Positions 10,513 to 17,250 of a stretch of 17,250 nt of DNA are shown here, one piece after another. The notes below the pieces were generated by a model that had not been told where the DNA came from, did no database searches, and worked only from the letters and a program-made list of their open reading frames with translations. Where the stretch lies: NCBI RefSeq assembly GCF_006345805.1, contig NW_021826048.1:1-17250 (forward strand), given 5' to 3'. How positions within the stretch are numbered: position 1 is the stretch's first letter; every line of letters begins with the position of its first letter. The DNA comes from Octopus sinensis. Its lineage: Eukaryota. A program made the translations under genes and the position numbers.

Positions 10513-13073
10513 CCCCCATATATTATCGTTATCCTTCGTCTCAAATGCAAGCTGAAGCATAGAAACTTCGCTCACAAAAACTTATTCACACGACCGCAAA
10601 AAAAAAAAAAAAAACATCTGTCTCAAATCTGTCTTTCTGTCGCTTAATTCTCTAAACCATCTTACCAACTTTACACTCATAGAAAATTATGCACACGACC
10701 GCAAACCTTTCCATCTCAAACTTGCCTTTCTTAATGCCGCCTAAATAGTCTTCTCCAGTGCGCAATGTCGTTTGCCCTCTGTTATCACCATGTCTCTCTC
10801 CCTCCCTCTCTCTCTCTCTCTTTCTCTGCGTTGTCGTTCTCCCTCTGTTATCGCTGTCTCTCTCTCTCTCTATATATATATATATTTCACTTTCACTCGC
10901 TTGCCACAGGCTTCTACCACACCTCCGCTTCCCTCCCCTTATAAAAAACCTACGCACATCGCTGTCTCTCTCTCTCTATATATATATATTTCACTTTTCA
11001 ATCGCTGCCACAGGCTTCTACCCACACCCCGCTCCCCCTCCCCTATAAAACCCTACGCACGAGGCTTGACGCCCTATTATTGCTTTCCTCTGGCTATAAC
11101 ACACGAACTACGAAGAACTGCAGGATGAGGAATAATATCAGCTAAGTCAATTTAAGTTCACGACCTGTCCCTCTTCATTGTTTTTGCAAGTATTATGATC
11201 ACCATCAAGCCTTATTATTGTGTCCCCAGATATTATCGTTATCCTTCGTCTCAAATGCTAGCTGAAGCATATAACTTTCGCTCACCAAAAACTTATTCAC
11301 ACGACCGCAAAAAAAAAAAAAAAAACATCTCGTCTAAAATTGGTCTTTCGGGCGCTTAATTCTCTAACCCATCTTTCCCAACTTACACTCATAGAAAATT
11401 ATGCACACGACGCAAACCTTTCCATCTCAAATCTTGCTTTTCTTACTGCCGCCTAAATCTCGTCTTCTCCCAGTGCGCAATGTCGTTTTGCACCCCTCTG
11501 TTATCACCATGTCTCTCTCCCTTCCCTCTCTCTCTCTCTTTCTCTGCGGTTGTCGTTTTCTCCCTCTGTATCGCTGTCTCTCTCTCTCTATAGATATATA
11601 TATTTCACTTTCACTCGCTGCCACAGGCTTTCTACCACACCTCCGCTCCCCCTCCCCTATAAAACCATACGCACATCGCTGTCTCTCTCTCTCTATAGAT
11701 ATATATATTTAACTTCACTCGCTGCCACAAGCTTCTACCACACCGCGCTCCCCCTCCCCTATAAAACCTACGCACGAGGCTTGACCGCCCTTTAGTGCTT
11801 TCCTCTGGCTATAACACACGAACTACGAAGAACTGCAGGATGATGAAGAAGATCAGCTAAGTCATATTTAAGTTCACGACCTGTCCCTCTTTCATTGTTT
11901 TTGCAAGTATTATATCACCATCAAGCCTTATTATTGTGGCCCCATATATTATCGTTATCCTTCGTCTCAAATGCTAGCTGAAGCATATAAACTTTCGCTC
12001 ACAAAAATTATTCACACGACCGCCAAAAAAAAAAAAAAAAAAACATCTCGTCTCAAATCTGGTCGTTCTGTCGCTTAATTCTTAAACATCTTTCCCAACT
12101 TACACTCATAGAAAATATGCACACGACCGCAAACCTTCCATCAATCTTGCCTTTCTTACTGCCGCCTAAATCTCGTCTTATCCCAGTGCGCAATGTCGTT
12201 TTTGCCCCTCTGTTATCACATGTCTCTCTCCCTCCCTCTCTCTCTCTCTCTTCTCTGCGGTGTCGTTTTCTCCCTCTGTTATCGCTGTCTCTCTTCTCTT
12301 CTATATATATATATATATTTCACTTTCACTCGCTGCCACAGGCTTCTACCCACACCTCCGCTCCCCCTCCCCTATAAAACCCTACGCACATCGCTGTCTC
12401 TCTCTCTCTCTATATATATATATTTCACTTTCACTCGCTGCCACAGGCTTCTACCCACACCTCCGCTCCCCCTCCCCTATAAAACCCTACGCACGAGGCT
12501 TGACCGCCCTATTATTGCTTTCCTCCTGGCTATAACACACGAACTACGAAGAACTGCAGGATGATGAATAAATCAGCCTAAGTCATATTTAAGTTCACGA
12601 CCTGTCCCTCTTTCATTGTTTTTGCAAGTATTATTATCACCATCAAGCTTATTATTGTGTCCCCCATATATTATCGTTATCCTTCGTCTCAAATGACGAC
12701 CGCAAACCTTTCCATCTCAAATCTTGCCTTTCTTACTGCCGCCTAAATCTCGTCTTCTCCCAGTGCGCAATGTCGTTTTTGCCCCTCTGTTATCACCATG
12801 TCTCTCTCCCTCCCTCTCTCTCTATCTCTTTCTCTGCGGTGTCGTTTTCTCCCTCTGTTATCGCTGTCTCTCTCTCTCTCTATATATATATATTTCACTT
12901 TCACTCGCTGCCACAGGCTTCTACCCACACCTACCTCCGCTCCCCTCCCTATAAAACCCTACGCACATCGCTGTCTCTCTCTCTCTCTATATATATATAT
13001 ATTTCACTTTCACTCGCTGCCACAGGCTTCTACCCACACCTCCGCCCCCCTGCCCTATAAAACCCTACGCACG
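10513..13073. repeat. Complex tandem satellite, block B, same unit as block A
   Basis: Units start at 10513, 11224, 11940 and 12661 (deletion variant, ends at ...ccctacgcacg ~13073). The first two units show more small indels and substitutions than block A. Confidence 0.96.
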
Positions 13074-13262
13074 ATATAACGTACACGTATAATGTCCGTG
13101 TATATATACGCATATTCTGTTGTATGTATGTATGTATGCGCATGTGTGTGGGTGTATATGTGTTTCTGTACATGTTTACACGTGAGTGCGTATGTATGCT
13201 TATATGATTGGAGCTGTGTATGCGCGCGTATATGTGCACGTGTATATGGGTGTATGTATGTA
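13074..13262. repeat. Degenerate alternating purine-pyrimidine tract (TG/TA/CG/CA mix)
   Basis: Examples are gtatgtatgtatgcgcatgtgtgtgg and tatgcgcgcgtatatgtgcacgtgtata. Confidence 0.8.
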
Positions 13263-13431
13263 CAAGATGACCACTTAATTCAAGGAACTAGATTAGCTGC
13301 CCAACAGCTCTGATTTACAATACACTAGGTCCCCAGACGCCCCTGTTGATTTATTGACACCCAAAACTTCTACAACTAAATTTTGTCATTTTCCTGACCA
13401 CCATGTTTGGTCCGTAACCACTATACATCCC

Positions 13432-13655
13432 TTATCCTTATATTTTTTTTACACTTTTTATCATTTTTATTCCAATTTTTATTTTTTTACTTTTATTTCT
13501 ATTTCTATTTTTACTTTATAACTTTATACCTTTATATTCATTTATATTTTTTTATATTCTTTATATCCCCTTTATATCTCCTTATATCTCTTTATATCTT
13601 TATACTCTACATTTTATAGTTTTCTATACTTACACTTTTTATATATTTTTTTATC
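13432..13655. repeat. T-rich low-complexity tract with TTTAT / TTTATAT(C) subunits
   Basis: Direct reading. The + strand has almost no G. Confidence 0.8.
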
Positions 13656-14028
13656 CTTCGTCTGAATTCTCGCCCCTCCATCTTTACCCCTATTTACTCT
13701 ATTACCAGGTTCCTTCACGTCTATATATGTATTTATTTATTAATTTATTTACATTACTTCAACATCCAAATTTCCTCATTCTACATTGAGAGAAGAAAGA
13801 GATGGACCCTTCAATTCTATGCTGTTGCCGCATTATGTCGTACGCGAATGAGAGGATTTGCATCCCCAACCAAGAATTTTTGATGTAACACATGTCCTTG
13901 TGGAAGCTGTTGTGCGCGTGGTGAAGAAGGCCACAGACATACATTATGCATTTATAAATCTGTCTAATAAAGGCCCGAAACATATGTACCGCTGAATCCT
14001 TGGCATCATGTTTTTATTTTTATTTGAT

Positions 14029-14485
<457 letters not shown>

Positions 14486-14824
14486 AGGGACATGTAGAAT
14501 GAGGTGACGATGCTCGTGGGCACCTTAGAAATCCATATCTTAAAAGGTGTGGTTGCTAGGGGCCATCTTCCTCACTCACCCTATTTCCTCCAGTACCCTC
14601 TCACTCCTCTTCATTTCACAAGTCCACTACGGTTATTTAATGTAAAGTCTTCCTCAAATCACTCTCTCGCTGTTTCCTCTCTTCCAAGAACATTTTCACT
14701 ATATGTGGCCCTAGTACACCCGAATGAAATCGGGTTCTCTTCATCAAAATGTGAAAAGGGGTCTACAATTATCATCGCCACAACTTATGTATGTCTTCCT
14801 CACTCACTCACTCTTTTTCCTAAT

Positions 14825-15266
14825 GATAATTATCATCGCCACCACCAACACCACCAACACACAATCATGACAATCTTTCTCTTAAAACAAATCATGTTTA
14901 CATTGCAAAATATTTCATTTTCCTGTCCTCTCTTTCATATATCACCTTTTCTTTCTCGAGCTCTCTCTTTTTTCGCCGTCTCTATTTATTCTACAACGAG
15001 TCTATCAATGACAGCCGCAAAAGTTTCAATATTCCTACTTCACCTCTTTCAGAAACGTAACAGATATTATTTTTTTTGCCGGGGTTAAAGCCCACTACAT
15101 CCCGTCGGATTCACTCCAAAATTTACACCTTCTCTTTCTACCTCTAACTCCCATTCAATTTCTCTTTATCTCCATTCTTAAAGATAATTATCATCGCCAC
15201 CACCACCACCACCAACACACAATCTGGACAATCTTTCTCTTAAAACAAATCATGTTTACATTGCAA
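14825..15266. repeat. ~84-bp direct repeat pair (14825-14908 and 15183-15266, offset 358)
   Basis: gataattatcatcgccaccacca...caatctttctcttaaaacaaatcatgtttacattgcaa occurs twice. Each copy is followed, at different spacing, by cgc(c/t)gtctctatttattct. Confidence 0.9.
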
Positions 15267-15686
15267 CGACGTCTGCCACCTCCGCTGTCTCTATTTATTC
15301 TGCAAATGACCAGAACTCGGGAAACTTGGTTGAGTGTTCTATGGTCTATGACCAAATCAATTCAAAACTTGGTTTTTAGGGATTTTCTTTTACATCAAGT
15401 TCAAAATTTTACGCCAGCCGTTGAACTGTCAATACGTTGCTGTCCGTCATTAAGAAATGCCAGCCATGGTGACTCTACTATCCTCAAATTCTATCCCTTC
15501 AAACTTTGGTTTCCAATATTTTATTATTTTTATTCAGCTCGCAAGTTCGTCTGTCCCTTTTAAATGTTAGAGTTTTGCTGTCTGCCTTGAAGCAGACCTT
15601 TCCGTTGTTACTGCCTGATATTTATGATGATCTTTCTAAATATTTTATTTCTCAACTTACTCAAGATCTTTTGTTGTTTATAAATG

Positions 15687-15803
15687 GGAGAGAGATAGAT
15701 AAAGATAGAGATAAGAGTAAGAGCAAAGTAGGGAGAGTCCGAGAGAAAGGAAGAGTAAGAGAGTGGGAAAGTGAGAGAAAGGAGAGAGAAACAAAGAGGG
15801 AGA
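15687..15803. repeat. Purine-rich (GA)-type low-complexity tract
   Basis: gagagatagataaagatagag...ggagagagaaacaaagagggaga. Confidence 0.75.
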
Positions 15804-16116
15804 ATCATCATCCTCATCATCGTTTAACGTCCGTTATCCGTGCTAGCACGGGTTGGACAGTTTGTCAGGGGTCTGGGAAGCCAGGAGGCTGCACCAGGCT
15901 CCAGTCTGATCTGGCAGTGTTTCGACAGGTGGATGCCCTTCCTAACGCCAACCACTCTGTGAGCGTAGTGGGTGCTTTTTTCGTGCCGCCAGCACAGGTG
16001 CCAGGGGGGCTGGCAGCGGTCACGATCGGTTGGTGCTTTTTACGTGCCACCAGCACAGAAGCCAGTCAAGGCGGCGCTGCAATCTGCCACGTTCGGATGG
16101 TGCTTTATACGTGCTG
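15804..16116 (-). mobile_element. 5'-truncated RTE-type LINE or LINE-derived 3'UTR fragment with a (GAT)n tail
   Basis: The minus strand ends ...GTCCAACCCGTGCTAGCACGGATAACGGACGTTAAAC GATGATGAGGATGATGAT. It contains GGTTGGCGTTAGGAAGGGCATCCA and three ~61-67-bp subrepeats (ggtgcttt..cgtgc at 15971, 16032, 16099). Short tandem-repeat tails are established for RTE elements. The family match is recalled, not searched. Confidence 0.75.
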
Positions 16117-16544
16117 AAAGGAAGCAACAGAAAGTAACAACCACACTCTTACCCGCGCGTAGAGCGGGTCACCTTCAGCTAGTCTCTTTAATTACTTCGA
16201 ATTAGCAGTAATTATTTGATTTTGTGTTTAGTTTCAAACTTCATAAGAGAGATTATTGTTTATATCTGTAGAAGCTTTCTTAGCCTCTTATTTCACATAT
16301 CTTCTCAACATGAGCATTCTTTTACCAGTCTTATAGTCTTTTCTCTACAATTTTCTATAATTCACTTCATATTAAACATACTTCAAGAAAGTTTTGTTGA
16401 GCAATACAAAGAATGGAGATATTTGATATCATTAAACCAAAGAGAAATAGCAGCTTGACAATCCCGTATATGCATAATGCATATGTAGTTTTATGTATGT
16501 GTGTATATATCATTCTATATATCGATATTTCAATATGCATATAT

Positions 16545-16571
16545 ATACATGTAAATATATATATATAAAAT

Positions 16572-16623
<52 letters not shown>

Positions 16624-16656
16624 ATAGAGAGAGATAAGATAGATAGATAGATAGAG
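16545..16656. repeat. (TA)n followed by (GATA)/(GA)n microsatellite
   Basis: Direct reading. Confidence 0.92.
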
Positions 16657-17250
16657 ATGCGTTAGTGTGTGCAAAATATTGGTTCGTTTCTTGTTCAGTA
16701 AATAACATTGTATTTGTGATACAAAATTTGTCCACCCATCCTTTGCTTCACAACCACTTGAGTTTACAGGCAAACACAACATATCTGCGTGTATGTGTGT
16801 GTGTTTCTAATACTCAGTGCATATTGCATCCGTTTGATAGCAGATCGTGGAACGTTAAAGTTCTCATTTTGTTTTTCCCTCTAAAGTGCTGACACTCCAA
16901 ATTTGACCAACTGGTGGATGCTGATAACTATTCCATCGACAAATTCTGGCCATCTGAAGTGTTTTGCTTTTCTAAAGAATTGTTTTCAAGTATTTTTATA
17001 TTTTTCAGTATAAAACTGAATACATCCACCCCACCTCCGTCACTACCATTATAGTTGTCATCACTATCATCAACATCATCGTGTCATGAATTATTAATAA
17101 TATTAATATTGCCCGTTCATTAAAAATTTTCCAGTATTATGCAAATTATTCTAGTTTATTATATATATTTCAATTGTTAAAAGGCAAATTTACAGCAATT
17201 ACAGCGTGGTGAGAATTCTCTCTTCACGTAAAAGTATATAAAAACGCCAT

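Noticed and set aside
6281-13073. CRISPR-like repeat-spacer array
   Set aside because: Whole units are near-identical with no unique spacers, there are no cas genes, and the context is eukaryotic.
14711-14735. Helitron 3' end on the minus strand (acccga-atgaaa-tcgggt hairpin next to CTAG)
   Set aside because: The stem is only 6 bp, the spacer is only 3 nt, the CTAG is followed by G rather than T, and I see no matching 5' end.
15506-16117. 203-aa ORF as a host gene
   Set aside because: It runs through a GA low-complexity tract and the antisense strand of an RTE 3'UTR.
16860-16990. Possible host exon after the polypyrimidine tract ending ...ccctctaaag
   Set aside because: The acceptor-like site has no good donor and the peptide is unrecognisable. 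It cannot be supported without RNA data.

Overview
Repeat-dominated eukaryotic DNA, probably from an octopus or other cephalopod. That is an inference from the very long (TA)n tracts and from an RTE 3' end that matches my recollection of an abundant Octopus repeat. I see no supportable host gene, RNA gene or CRISPR array. From left to right the window contains: (1) the endonuclease-coding 5' part of a decayed RTE LINE (minus strand, 1-410); (2) a small duplicated purine-rich block; (3) a ~3.7-kb CR1-group LINE (minus strand, 2111-5811) between two long (TA)n tracts, with a full-span but broken APE-RT ORF2 and an ORF1 remnant carrying two tandem CCCH zinc fingers that the ORF track misses; (4) a ~720-bp complex satellite of 10 full or partial units in two blocks (6281-10123 and 10513-13073), where block B appears to be a re-duplication of block A joined through TA microsatellite; (5) further microsatellites, a second internally duplicated block and an RTE 3'UTR fragment (15804-16116). 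Almost all ORFs in the supplied track are microsatellite or satellite artefacts. Many indels look like long-read consensus errors. I found no convincing new biological system. The best leads are the satellite's architecture and the LINE ORF1.
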